A DNA stretch of 33,549 nucleotides from an uncultured Myxococcales bacterium (GCA_903952805.1 CAJBHN010000539.1:1-33549), one strand, 5' to 3'; counted from the stretch's first letter, positions 15,240 through 24,187 are shown. The notes: generated by a model from the sequence alone, not told the origin. Numbers and translations: made by a program.

Positions 15240-16851
15240 TTAGGCCTACCTTTTCGAATATATAGATGTTTGTCTTTGCCCGACAGAAGCCTTGAAACGC
15301 CTCCATCGGGACGTTGAGAACGCCCCGAAGCGTCAGTTTGCCCTGTAGCCAATCAAAGAGCCACAGATAGCTTGAGCTGAAGAAATACGTTTCTGGGAGC
15401 ACAATTGCAACGCGGCCACCTGCCACGAGAAGCCTCCAAGACAATTCAAGAAATGCGAGCCCGATTTCGCGCTCCTGGAATGTCTTTGCATCAAATGTGA
15501 ATGATCCATCGGGCATTCGTATCGGCTTTTGGCAAATCGTTAGCGAAGCCAATCGTGCGTCGTTTCTTGAAACCTTCAGCTTCTTCCCAAAAGGAGGGTT
15601 CGTGGCAACACAGGTGAAGCTTTCCGGCTTGAGCACAGGTACAAGGTGTGGCCAAGATTCCGGCCACTTTTGCCTAGCAATAGAATCCCCAATAAACGTG
15701 TGTGCACTTCCATCACCAAGAATCATCATCATCGCCTTGGCCAACTTCACACCCACTGCGCTTTTGTCTACGCCATAGATGTGCTGTTGGGCCCACGCCT
15801 TAACATCTGACTCCGACATTCCTGGGTGTTTTTCGCGAAATACGCGGAACGCTTGCAAGAGGAAACCACCGGTGCCGCAAGCAGGATCGATTAGCGTGTC
15901 TCCATAGTCCAAATCGAGCGCGCGAATCGCGGCGTGCACTATCCTTGGTGGAGTGAAATACTGGCCGTCTTCTGCTTTTCTAGATGGGCTCCTAAAGACC
16001 TGAAATGCTGAAGAAACCACCTCAAATCCGGCATCGATAAGCTTCACGGCAGCAAGTTCAAAGCATACTTCGTGAATCGTTTCGTCAGCAAATAAAATAT
16101 CTCGATCGTTTTCTTGGGAAAAGACGTCTTTAGCCGAGAGTTTTAGGCTTTGATAGAAGTCTCTAATCGACTTTGCTGTCGCTTTTGCAGTCGCCTGGGT
16201 TTGAAATAAAACCGTCTCTGAGGGCTTTGCCTTGGCGCGGCGATCACTTTCCAATTTAACAAGGATCAGGTTGCAAAGTTGATTGAGCCGGGTTTCAGGC
16301 TCTGTCACGCGGGCATCTTGGGCTACGACAATCTCGAGCAGTCGCTGTAATCGCTTTGCGAGGTCGCGCGTGTTTGTCGCCTGAAGGTGGCGCCATAAAA
16401 GCGGCTCTCGCGTGGTATGTAAGAGAAGGTCGTTTGGCCCGGGGAGGGTCGAAATGTGCTCACGCTGGAACGTGCCGTCCTGCAATCGATATACTGCGGT
16501 TAGTAGAGTGCCATTTGTCCAGTAGCCAGCCCGAACACGAGGCTCGTGACCCATATATACTTCAAGTTGGTCAACACCGACAGTCTCATCGGGCTCTTTG
16601 GTCTCAAAAATTATGCGAATGTGCTCAACTTCCCCACGCTGATCGGGCGAAGCGAACGCGACCAAGTCGACCGGAAAACCGTCGAAGGAGTGCCCCTTCT
16701 CTCGCTTGCTCGCGTCGTGGGGGGTCTTTGGTACCTTCCATTCGGGAGTCCATTGGAGTTGGTCGTCCTTCCACCCCAACTCGATAAGTTTTGCGATGAG
16801 TGGAAGTCGAACGAGTTGGTGTTCTGGGCCGGTCATAGCCATAGACTCCAC
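15223..16851 (-). CDS. Fused PD-(D/E)xK nuclease-like N-terminal domain plus gamma-class N6-adenine DNA methyltransferase (type IIB/IIG-like RM subunit)
   Basis: The N-terminal part FDGFPVDLVAF...RIIFETKEP gives a D...ExK motif in an HSDR_N-like domain. Methylase motif I is LIDPACGTGGFLLQAF and motif IV is VATNPPFGKK. The start is GTG 16851 or ATG 16842/16836. Confidence 0.8.
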   Translation of the reverse strand: MESMAMTGPEHQLVRLPLIAKLIELGWKDDQLQWTPEWKVPKTPHDASKREKGHSFDGFPVDLVAFASPDQRGEVEHIRIIFETKEPDETVGVDQLEVYMGHEPRVRAGYWTNGTLLTAVYRLQDGTFQREHISTLPGPNDLLLHTTREPLLWRHLQATNTRDLAKRLQRLLEIVVAQDARVTEPETRLNQLCNLILVKLESDRRAKAKPSETVLFQTQATAKATAKSIRDFYQSLKLSAKDVFSQENDRDILFADETIHEVCFELAAVKLIDAGFEVVSSAFQVFRSPSRKAEDGQYFTPPRIVHAAIRALDLDYGDTLIDPACGTGGFLLQAFRVFREKHPGMSESDVKAWAQQHIYGVDKSAVGVKLAKAMMMILGDGSAHTFIGDSIARQKWPESWPHLVPVLKPESFTCVATNPPFGKKLKVSRNDARLASLTICQKPIRMPDGSFTFDAKTFQEREIGLAFLELSWRLLVAGGRVAIVLPETYFFSSSYLWLFDWLQGKLTLRGVLNVPMEAFQGFCRAKTNIYIFEKVGLNAAPT

Positions 16852-17130
16852 TAGCAGATGGCTCGCGTTTCCGACAGGGCCTGGTCTTCAAGCTGGGCAA
16901 CGATGTTTTGTCGGACAGCATCCGCATGACCCGCGCATTCCCGCTGGCGCCGTCATGGTCGTGGCCCCCGGCAGCACCGGCACCATCCACCCCACCGGCG
17001 GAGACATCGTCGGCAACGGCGGGTTCGTCACTGATGGCCCGCGCATGAGCTACGGCACCCAATCCGGCAGGGCTGCATCGTCGGCGTCTCCGTTCCCGCA
17101 TGAGTCGTCGACGGCGCGGACGGCCCTGGC

Positions 17131-17616
17131 TCAGGGCTCCCGGGTTGGTTGATCGCGGAAGGCCAGCAGCAGGAAACGGGGCGCGCCTCCGTGCCGGCGG
17201 AAGTCGACCGCGTCAAAGTCGGGGTCGAAGAAGTCCACAAAGCCGGGCAGCCCACGCAGGCGTTCACTCGAAAAGGCCTGGTATCCCATCGACCAGCGCG
17301 CAAAGTCGCGCTCGGGAATCGTCCGCTCCCGCAGCACCCTGCATTGGTGGTGCCGCGGGTCCCGCTCGATGATCGCGTACAAACGCTGGACGGCCTCCAC
17401 CGGTCCCTCCAGCACCTGCAGGATGCGCCCCTCGCCCACCAGCAGCATGCCGGTGACGCCAAGATCCGCGTTGCGGACGCGGCTCTTCGTCAGCAGCAAC
17501 GCCAACTCGGGCTCGGCGATGCCGTGGGTTTCGCTGGCATAGATGATCTGCATCAACGGCGCCGGTGGCTTCGACGGCGTGGGTGGGGCAGCTGGGGCAG
17601 ACGCTGACATGGACAC
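17131..17616 (-). CDS. BLUF-domain (blue-light FAD sensor) protein
   Basis: MQIIYASE (Tyr), GVTGMLLVGEGRILQVLEG (Gln), YAIIERDPRH and FARWSMGY (Trp/Met) are in BLUF order. The true start may be the internal Met at 17553. Confidence 0.85.
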   Translation of the reverse strand: MSMSASAPAAPPTPSKPPAPLMQIIYASETHGIAEPELALLLTKSRVRNADLGVTGMLLVGEGRILQVLEGPVEAVQRLYAIIERDPRHHQCRVLRERTIPERDFARWSMGYQAFSSERLRGLPGFVDFFDPDFDAVDFRRHGGAPRFLLLAFRDQPTREP

Positions 17617-17741
17617 TCCTGGCTCAGCCGTCCTCGATGCGTAGCGTCATCATGGTAGTCGCCGGACGATGAAACACATCGGGAATTTCATCGGCATCAA
17701 CCCATGAATATCCCGACGCTGCACCCCGCCGGGTTCCGTCC

Positions 17742-18230
17742 TCACTCCACAAACGACACGGTCCATTCGCGGACCTCGCCGCCGGCTTTGACCTCGACGG
17801 TGTCGCCGACGACGCAGCCAAGCACCGCGCGCCCAAACGGCGACGACGGCGTCACGACCGACAGGTAGCCATCGCCGCCGGGGCCCGTCAGCTCAATGCC
17901 CGCCCCCACCGGCGCCAGGAAAAAGGTGCGGCCGGCGTCGTCGCATTCGACCTCGACGACGGCGCCCAGGGCGACGCGCGCCTTGCCCGTCAGGCGTTTG
18001 GGAGCAAAGCCTTCCAGCATGGCGAGGTCGGCCATGGCGCGGCTGAGGCGGGCCTTGTGGCCGGCGGCGAGGCTCGACTGCTCCAAGGCGACGCGGGAGT
18101 CCTCGCGCTTCTCGGCGGGAGTGGCGCCTTCGCGGGCCTCGACGGTGGCCTCCTCCATGGCCTGGCGGGCGTCACGGGCGCTCGCTTGCAAGTGGGCGAT
18201 GAGTTGGGCGAGCAGGTCGTCCTTGTCCAT
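17742..18230 (-). CDS. GreA/GreB-family transcription elongation factor-like protein
   Basis: An N-terminal coiled coil is followed by a C-terminal domain, VALGAVVEVECDDAGRTFFLAPVGAG...VVTPSSPFGRAVLGCVVGDTVEV, which resembles the GreA/B C-terminal fold. Confidence 0.7.
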   Translation of the reverse strand: MDKDDLLAQLIAHLQASARDARQAMEEATVEAREGATPAEKREDSRVALEQSSLAAGHKARLSRAMADLAMLEGFAPKRLTGKARVALGAVVEVECDDAGRTFFLAPVGAGIELTGPGGDGYLSVVTPSSPFGRAVLGCVVGDTVEVKAGGEVREWTVSFVE

Positions 18231-18344
18231 GCAGAAACGCTAGCAGGCTGGGGCGAAAACCAAGCCCCGTGTTCCCGCACGTCGCCATTTTTTTCCCTGC
18301 GACGACCCGCTCCATCCTTCCCACCACACCACCGCTGCTGCTGG

Positions 18345-19676
18345 TCAGCGGTCGGCGCGATCGATGAGCGTGTAGCGGAAGTCAGCGCGAGCGTTCATCT
18401 GCAGCAGCGGCGTCACGTGTTGCAGGAAGTCGCCGCGGCTCATCGCGATCACCTGACAGCCCTCCGACGATGAGTTGACCTCGTCGGTGAGCATCTTGCC
18501 GCCGTGCTGCTCGGGGTTGTCCCAGGCCCAGTGGAGGTTGAGCGCCCTGGCGCTGAAGCGGTCGCGCGCTTCCTTCGCCGAGATGGCACCGTCGCCATCG
18601 ACGTCGCGGGAGACGGTGGCGGCGTCGGGGCGTGCAGCGCCACTCATGCCCCGGTGCGCGCCGTTGCGGTAGGTGTATTGCCCGGGCTGCATGTGGCCGA
18701 CGTCTTTGATGCCGTCGCCGTTGGCGTCGACGCCGAGCCCATGATTCGAGCGACCGACGCCGGGGTCGGTGGTCGCGCGGAACTCGCGCACGTTCATCGT
18801 GCCGGCGCCGTCCTTCCAGACAAACGCGATCGTGTCATTCCAACGGTTGAACGCATTGCCGTGGCGCGTGCCGTCGATGTCTTGGCCCCGCAGGCCCACG
18901 ACGTTGATTTCGTTGGCGCCAGTACGCCACTGCGCGCCGGCGCCGCGCACCATGGCCTGCAACTCGCTCGCTCGCGCCGTCTGGTCGGCGGGCGTGCGCA
19001 CCGACACCGCCCGGTCGACCTTCGTCGACGTCGCATCGCGGGAACGAAACAGCCCGAACAGGCCGCCGCGGGGTTTCGTCGTCGTTGTTGGCGGCGACGA
19101 GGCGCCGCGCTCGATCGTCGTGCGCGAGGCCTCGTCGGCGCTTCGACGGCGCAGGCGGCTCTGCGTGACGGTCTCGGTGGTGGCCCGCGGCGCTGGTGTC
19201 GCCTGCGCCGCGTCGGCGGCTTGTGCTTTGGGGATCGATCGCTCGAGCGCGCTCCGCGTCGCCGTGTCGACCACGCCGGACACCGGCAGGCCTTCTCGTC
19301 GCTGGAACGCCTGCACCGCCGTCTTGGTGCCCGGGCCGAATTCGCCGTCGACGCCACCGGGGACCTGGATGCCCGACTGCACCAGGCAGCGCTGGACAAA
19401 CGTCACGTCGTCGCCCGCTGATCCCAGGGCGACCATGGGTTCGGCGGCGCTGTCGGGGCGAGCGCGGCTGGTGGCGAAGCTGGGTGATGGGCGGGAGACC
19501 GAGTCAGGCATGAAGCCAGTATCGATGCCTCCGGTCGTCTGTTGCGAGTCATCGGGCCCAGCGTCTCGATTCTGCCGCCGCCGGGCCGTCAGGAGGCGAT
19601 GCAGCTCGCCGACGCTGCCCGACAGCACGGCCACATCTTGCTCGACAGGGGCAAAGTTGGACAGTAAACGGACCAT
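18345..19676 (-). CDS. Peptidoglycan-binding (PG_binding_1) domain protein with a C-terminal putative cell-wall-active domain and DxDxDG Ca-binding-like motifs
   Basis: VTFVQRCLVQSGIQVPGGVDGEFGPGTKTAVQAFQRREGLPVSGVVD is a PG_binding_1 repeat. GVDANGDGIKD and RDVDGDGAISAKEA are EF-hand/TSP3-like motifs. The ORF opens at 19736. Met 19676 is preferred because it avoids overlapping the divergent gene. Confidence 0.7.
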   Translation of the reverse strand: MVRLLSNFAPVEQDVAVLSGSVGELHRLLTARRRQNRDAGPDDSQQTTGGIDTGFMPDSVSRPSPSFATSRARPDSAAEPMVALGSAGDDVTFVQRCLVQSGIQVPGGVDGEFGPGTKTAVQAFQRREGLPVSGVVDTATRSALERSIPKAQAADAAQATPAPRATTETVTQSRLRRRSADEASRTTIERGASSPPTTTTKPRGGLFGLFRSRDATSTKVDRAVSVRTPADQTARASELQAMVRGAGAQWRTGANEINVVGLRGQDIDGTRHGNAFNRWNDTIAFVWKDGAGTMNVREFRATTDPGVGRSNHGLGVDANGDGIKDVGHMQPGQYTYRNGAHRGMSGAARPDAATVSRDVDGDGAISAKEARDRFSARALNLHWAWDNPEQHGGKMLTDEVNSSSEGCQVIAMSRGDFLQHVTPLLQMNARADFRYTLIDRADR

Positions 19677-19715
19677 GGTTCCATTTGTCCGTTTGTTCCA
19701 TCCCATCGGAAGAGC

Positions 19716-20669
19716 TTGACCTTCAGCCGCCGCCATTTCGTCGTCGCTTCTGTCGCCGGTGTCGCCGGCGCGGGGGTTCTCGTCGAAAGCCGCACCCGGG
19801 AATCGCCCATGTCCACGCCGTCACCCTCGCCGAAGTCGATGCCCCACCGGCCCCGCCAGCCCGTGATCTTCCTGCCCCACGGCGGTGGACCGTGGCCCTT
19901 TGTGAAGCTCGGCTTCGCCTCTGACGCCGAAGACGCCGACCTGCGGGGCTACCTGAGCGGTCTGTCCGCCGCGGTGCAGGTCGGCACGCCGACGGCGCCC
20001 CGGGCCATCGTGGTCATCTCGGCCCACTGGGAAGCAGCCGTGCCGACGGTGACGACGTCGGCGGCCCCGCCGCTGCTCTTTGACTACTCCGGCTTTCCCC
20101 CCGCGTCCTACGCGCTCACCTGGCCAGCCCCTGGCGACCCCGCTCTCGCCGCCGACGTGCGGGCCCTGCTGGAGGGCGCCGGCTTCGCCACGGCACAGGA
20201 CGCCGCCCGCGGCTACGACCACGGCACCTTTGTGCCCCTCAAGGTCGCGTTTCCCGAGGCCCGCATCCCCGTCGTGCAGCTGTCGTTGGTCGCGGGCCTG
20301 GACCCCGCCGTCCACCTCGCCATGGGCCGGGCCCTCGCCCCGCTGCGCGACGACGGCGTCCTCGTCGTCGGCAGCGGCATGACCTTCCACAACCTGCGCT
20401 CCTTCGGCGCCCAGTCCGCCCCCGTCGCTGAAACCTTCGACGCCTGGCTGCGGGAGGCCACGACGTCGCCACCGGCTGAGCGCGACCGCCTGTTGACCGG
20501 CTGGACCAGGGCCCCCGCCGCCCGCCTGGCCCACCCTCGCGAAGAGCACCTCATGCCGCTGATGGTCTGCGCCGGCGCCGCCGGCGACGACGTCGGCCAC
20601 GTCGCCTGGAACGGCACCTGGGCCGGTCTGCGATTTTCGGCCCATCACTTTGGTGGCACCGGGGTCTGA
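19716..20669 (+). CDS. Class III extradiol dioxygenase, LigB/4,5-DOPA-dioxygenase (YgiD-like) family
   Basis: The His-bearing motifs are FLPHGGGP, ISAHWE, YDHGTFVPL and GSGMTFHNL. The TTG start at 19716 gives a Tat-like N-terminus, SRRHFVVASVAGVAGAG. An alternative start is ATG 19809. Confidence 0.8.
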   Translation: MTFSRRHFVVASVAGVAGAGVLVESRTRESPMSTPSPSPKSMPHRPRQPVIFLPHGGGPWPFVKLGFASDAEDADLRGYLSGLSAAVQVGTPTAPRAIVVISAHWEAAVPTVTTSAAPPLLFDYSGFPPASYALTWPAPGDPALAADVRALLEGAGFATAQDAARGYDHGTFVPLKVAFPEARIPVVQLSLVAGLDPAVHLAMGRALAPLRDDGVLVVGSGMTFHNLRSFGAQSAPVAETFDAWLREATTSPPAERDRLLTGWTRAPAARLAHPREEHLMPLMVCAGAAGDDVGHVAWNGTWAGLRFSAHHFGGTGV

Positions 20670-20906
20670 GGTGTCGACGACATCGGCATCTGCCGACGAT
20701 GAACCGATCTCATGGCCCAACCAGTTGGCGCGGGGCGCTTGCTGTGGCGAAAAGACCCGTCGATTCGGCCGATGGGTGACGCCGTCACGCCTGCCTTCAG
20801 TCCGCCAGCTCGGGTCGTCACGGCGAAGAAGACGCTGGGCGTTTGCGCCTCCTTGCTTTAGCAACGGGGTCGTCGGCGCCGGGCACCGGGCCGCGCAGGA
20901 GCACGC

Positions 20907-21683
20907 ATGGGCGCAGCAGCATTGATCACGGGCGCATCGGCCGGCCTCGGACTCGAATTCGCGAAGTGCTTCGCGGCCGACCATATCGATGTTGTGCTGG
21001 TCGCGCGGCGCAAGGACCGGCTCGACGCTCTCGCGGCGGAGTTGGTCGCTGCGCATGGCATCAAGGCGCATGTGATCAGCGCCGATCTCATGGAGCCCGC
21101 CGGCGCGCGCCAGCTGATCGCAGACGTCAACGCCCTCGGCGTCGACATCGGCTGGCTCGTCAACAACGCCGGCTTTGGCACCTCGGGGCTGTTTCACGAA
21201 CTCGACGCCGCGAAGGAGGCCGCCGAAGTGCAGCTCAACTGCGTCGCCCTCACCGAGCTCACGCGCGCGTTTGTGCCGGGCATGGTCGCTCGCAAAACAG
21301 GCCGCATTCTCAACATCGGCTCGACGGCCGGATTTCAACCCGGTCCGTTGATGGCGACGTACTACGCGACCAAGGCGTTCGTGAACTCGTTCACCGAGGC
21401 GCTCGCGTACGAACTGCGCGGCACCGGCGTCACCGCCACGGTCAGCTGCCCCGGCGCGACGGCCACCGAGTTCGCGGCGGTTGCCGGCACCGACACGTCG
21501 AAGCTCTTCGCTGGCGACGTCGCGACCGCCGAGCAGGTCGCCGCTGAGGCCTACGCCGCGATGAACGAGGGCCGCGCGATGATCGTGCACGGCCTCCGCA
21601 ACAAGCTGATGGCCTTCGGATCGGCGCTCACACCGCGCGCCGTGGTGCTGTCGATGGCTGCGGGCATGAATCGACGCGCCTGA
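20907..21683 (+). CDS. Short-chain dehydrogenase/reductase (SDR)
   Basis: TGASAGLG is the cofactor-binding motif. NNAG is also present, and YYATK supplies the YxxxK catalytic motif. Confidence 0.9.
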   Translation: MGAAALITGASAGLGLEFAKCFAADHIDVVLVARRKDRLDALAAELVAAHGIKAHVISADLMEPAGARQLIADVNALGVDIGWLVNNAGFGTSGLFHELDAAKEAAEVQLNCVALTELTRAFVPGMVARKTGRILNIGSTAGFQPGPLMATYYATKAFVNSFTEALAYELRGTGVTATVSCPGATATEFAAVAGTDTSKLFAGDVATAEQVAAEAYAAMNEGRAMIVHGLRNKLMAFGSALTPRAVVLSMAAGMNRRA

Positions 21684-21998
21684 GCGTCGCGCTGATCGGG
21701 CTCCATCACACGCGAGCCCCTCGACGACGACGCACATGGCGACGGGACTGGCCGCTATCGGCACCGTCGCACGAGCAAGGTCAGGTCATGGCCGAGACCC
21801 TTGAGCGGGAGCTGGAGCAGCGCCCTGGTCTCGTCGACGACACCGCACACCACATCGGCGTCGCGCCGTTCCAGTTCGCGAAGCCGACGGATCCACGCCG
21901 ACCGACGCCGACGCGTTGCTCCCTCGTCGACGAGGTCGGGGCGCATGCCTGAGTGCGCGCGACTTCTGACGCGACACACTCATGCATGAAGATGGGAC

Positions 21999-22478
21999 GT
22001 GTTGATCGCAGCTCTCGACGTAAGCCTGCAGGGGCTGCACGCCGACATGCAGTACAGCCACAGCGCGGCCGTCGACGTCGCCATCGCCATCGCTGTCGCC
22101 GTCGCCGTCGTCTTCGGCGCCATCGTCTTCGCCGTCACCCGCTCGCGCAGCGCCGGTCTCTGGTGCGGCGGCCTCGTCGTTGGCCACCTGGTGTGTGACT
22201 GGCTTTCGGGTTTTGAGCACGGCCTCGGTTTGCACGGCTCGCCGATGGTGGACTTCAACCTCTACGCGTCGGCACCCGGCGTCGCCCTCGCCATCGAAGT
22301 CGTCTTCGCCGCCTTGTGCGTCGCGGTGTCGTTGCGCCTGCGAGAAGCTCCGCATCTCGTGTCGACGCGACAGAAGTTCGCGCTCTACGGCGCCTTCGTC
22401 GGCGGTATCTTGATGTTTGCGCCGACAGCGTCCTTGACGGCGCGTGAGTTGGCCGCGCGGTTCGGCGTCGAGTTCTGA
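21999..22478 (+). CDS. Hypothetical polytopic membrane protein
   Basis: Several hydrophobic helices are present: VAIAIAVAVAVVFGAIVFAV, GLWCGGLVVGHLVCDWL, GVALAIEVVFAALCVAVSL and LYGAFVGGILMF. I recognise no family. Confidence 0.5.
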   Translation: MLIAALDVSLQGLHADMQYSHSAAVDVAIAIAVAVAVVFGAIVFAVTRSRSAGLWCGGLVVGHLVCDWLSGFEHGLGLHGSPMVDFNLYASAPGVALAIEVVFAALCVAVSLRLREAPHLVSTRQKFALYGAFVGGILMFAPTASLTARELAARFGVEF

Positions 22479-22631
22479 GCTCGCCCTTCAGGCGCGCGCG
22501 TTCATGGTGTCCATGAGGGCGGTGACGATGACAGCCTCGTTGGTGAGGCCTCGAGGCCGTGGGCCGGCATGTTTTGCCACCGACGCCGACGGTCGTCGTC
22601 GGCGTCTTTGTGTGACGCGTACGTCTCGAGG

Positions 22632-23039
22632 TCAGGCGGGGGGCCAGGCCGACTGTTGCATCACGACCCGGTAGCCGTCGGGATCCTCATAGGTGCGTCC
22701 GTGTTGGTCCCAATATGGGTTGGCGGCGGGCACAGGCACGAGGCCCCGGGCCTCGATGGACGCCGTCACCGACGACCACGTCGCCGCATCGGGCACGTAG
22801 AACACCAGCAGGTTGTCCGCCGTGGGGGCGCCGCCGACGGTGTGGCCGCGTTGGTGGGTGAACTCCAGATGGTAGCTGGCGCCATCGTGGCCGAGCATGA
22901 CGCCGTCAATGCCGTCGTGGTCGACGAAGCCGCCCACCCTCTCGAAGCCGAGGGCTTCGTAGAAGGCCACCACCTCGTCGAGGCGGTCGGTGGGCCGGGC
23001 AATGCGAAGGTGAGCGGCGCCCCCAGCGTGTTTGATCAT
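22632..23039 (-). CDS. VOC (glyoxalase/bleomycin-resistance/dioxygenase) family protein
   Basis: HLRIARPTDRLDEVVAFYEALGFE...HLEF...LLVFYVPD...YEDPDGYRVV is the typical paired beta-alpha-beta-beta-beta pattern. The start is taken at MIKHAGG (23039). Confidence 0.75.
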   Translation of the reverse strand: MIKHAGGAAHLRIARPTDRLDEVVAFYEALGFERVGGFVDHDGIDGVMLGHDGASYHLEFTHQRGHTVGGAPTADNLLVFYVPDAATWSSVTASIEARGLVPVPAANPYWDQHGRTYEDPDGYRVVMQQSAWPPA

Positions 23040-23093
23040 GACCGAAGGTACCACCTGATTCGCGCACCGCGTCCATCGCGCCGCGTCGTCCGT

Positions 23094-23324
23094 TCAGACA
23101 AGAGGTGACTCGATAGCCGCACCCATGCGCTTCGCTGTCGTACCCACGATCTCCTGGTATGCCACCGCGTCGCCGCAGGAGAGATGGACGTCGCGTTGGA
23201 TGTCGACCTTGGCGCTCTGGAGGACCTTGGCGCTCTGGAGGACCTTGCCGATCGGGAGGAAGAGCTCGACCTCGCCCCGCTCACCGAAAAGAGCGGCGAC
23301 CGCGCCCATCGATGACCAAGCCAT
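23094..23324 (-). CDS. Small hypothetical protein containing an in-frame 18-bp tandem duplication
   Basis: This 76-aa ORF lies upstream of the VOC gene on the same strand. The repeat KVLQSA-KVLQSA is encoded by 23205-23240. Confidence 0.3.
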   Translation of the reverse strand: MAWSSMGAVAALFGERGEVELFLPIGKVLQSAKVLQSAKVDIQRDVHLSCGDAVAYQEIVGTTAKRMGAAIESPLV

Positions 23325-23385
23325 GACACGGCTGCGGCGTCATGACGGCCGGCAAGGGTGACTTTGTACGATCCACCCGCTGGCC

Positions 23386-24171
23386 ATGACCAAAGCAAGA
23401 CCGACGCTGTTTACCATCGCGCACATGTACGTCCTCGCTTGCTTCGTTGTTTTTCTGCTGGCCTATGGCTTGACCATCGTGTTGACGAGCGTCGGCTACC
23501 ACCGAGCCCTCGCCCATGGCGCCGTGCAGTTGCATCCCCTGGCCCGCAAAGCCCTCGTGACCTTTGGCCCCTGGCTGACGGGCTTTGACGCCAAGACCTG
23601 GGTCGTGATGCATCGCAACCACCACCAGTATTCCGACACCAGCGACGACCCCCACTCCCCCGTCAACGTCGGCTTCCGCGGTCTCTTCAAGGCCCAGCTC
23701 GACGGCTACGCCCGCACGCAGATGGCGCTGGTCAGCGGCGACCCCACCTACGCCAACCTTGGCCGCGACCTCGAGCTGTCGTGGCCCACGCGCACCGGTC
23801 GCTGGTACGTGCCCTACCTGTTGCAGGTCGCGGTCGGCGTCGTCGTCGGCCTGAGCTTTGGCTGGTGGATCGGCATCGCGTTGCTGGCGGGCCTGATGAG
23901 CCACATCGTGCAAGGCGCCATCATCAACTACTTCGGCCACGCCCACGGCGGCCGCAACTTCGACATCGACGACAACTCCCGCAACAACCACCCCGCCGCC
24001 TGGCTCGTGCTGGGCGAGGGCTTCCAGAACAACCACCACCGCTATCCGTCGTCGGCGCGCTTCTCGTACCGCTGGCACGAGGTCGACCTCGGCTTCGTCG
24101 TCTGCCGCCTGCTGGAGGCCGTGCGTGTGCTGCGCGTCGTCGACAAAACGCTGATGCCCCGGCCCGGCTGA
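23386..24171 (+). CDS. Membrane fatty-acid (acyl-CoA/acyl-lipid) desaturase
   Basis: Three His boxes are present: HRALAH, HRNHHQYSD and QNNHHRYP. There are hydrophobic TM pairs. Confidence 0.85.
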   Translation: MTKARPTLFTIAHMYVLACFVVFLLAYGLTIVLTSVGYHRALAHGAVQLHPLARKALVTFGPWLTGFDAKTWVVMHRNHHQYSDTSDDPHSPVNVGFRGLFKAQLDGYARTQMALVSGDPTYANLGRDLELSWPTRTGRWYVPYLLQVAVGVVVGLSFGWWIGIALLAGLMSHIVQGAIINYFGHAHGGRNFDIDDNSRNNHPAAWLVLGEGFQNNHHRYPSSARFSYRWHEVDLGFVVCRLLEAVRVLRVVDKTLMPRPG

Positions 24172-24187
24172 CGTCGTCGCGACCAGC

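Noticed and set aside
16852-17130. Possible gene or RNA between the restriction-modification island and the BLUF gene
   Set aside because: I found no ORF with a start codon and recognisable motifs, and no tRNA-like cloverleaf. It is mentioned only as a possible truncated remnant in the island finding.
19821-21764. 647-aa minus-strand ORF
   Set aside because: It is antisense to the LigB-type dioxygenase and the SDR, both of which have strong motifs. It is Arg/Gly-rich with no recognisable domain.
21755-21979. 74-aa minus-strand ORF downstream of the SDR
   Set aside because: Its third-position G+C is coding-like, but I recognise no family and see no clear ribosome-binding site. The support is too weak to call a gene.
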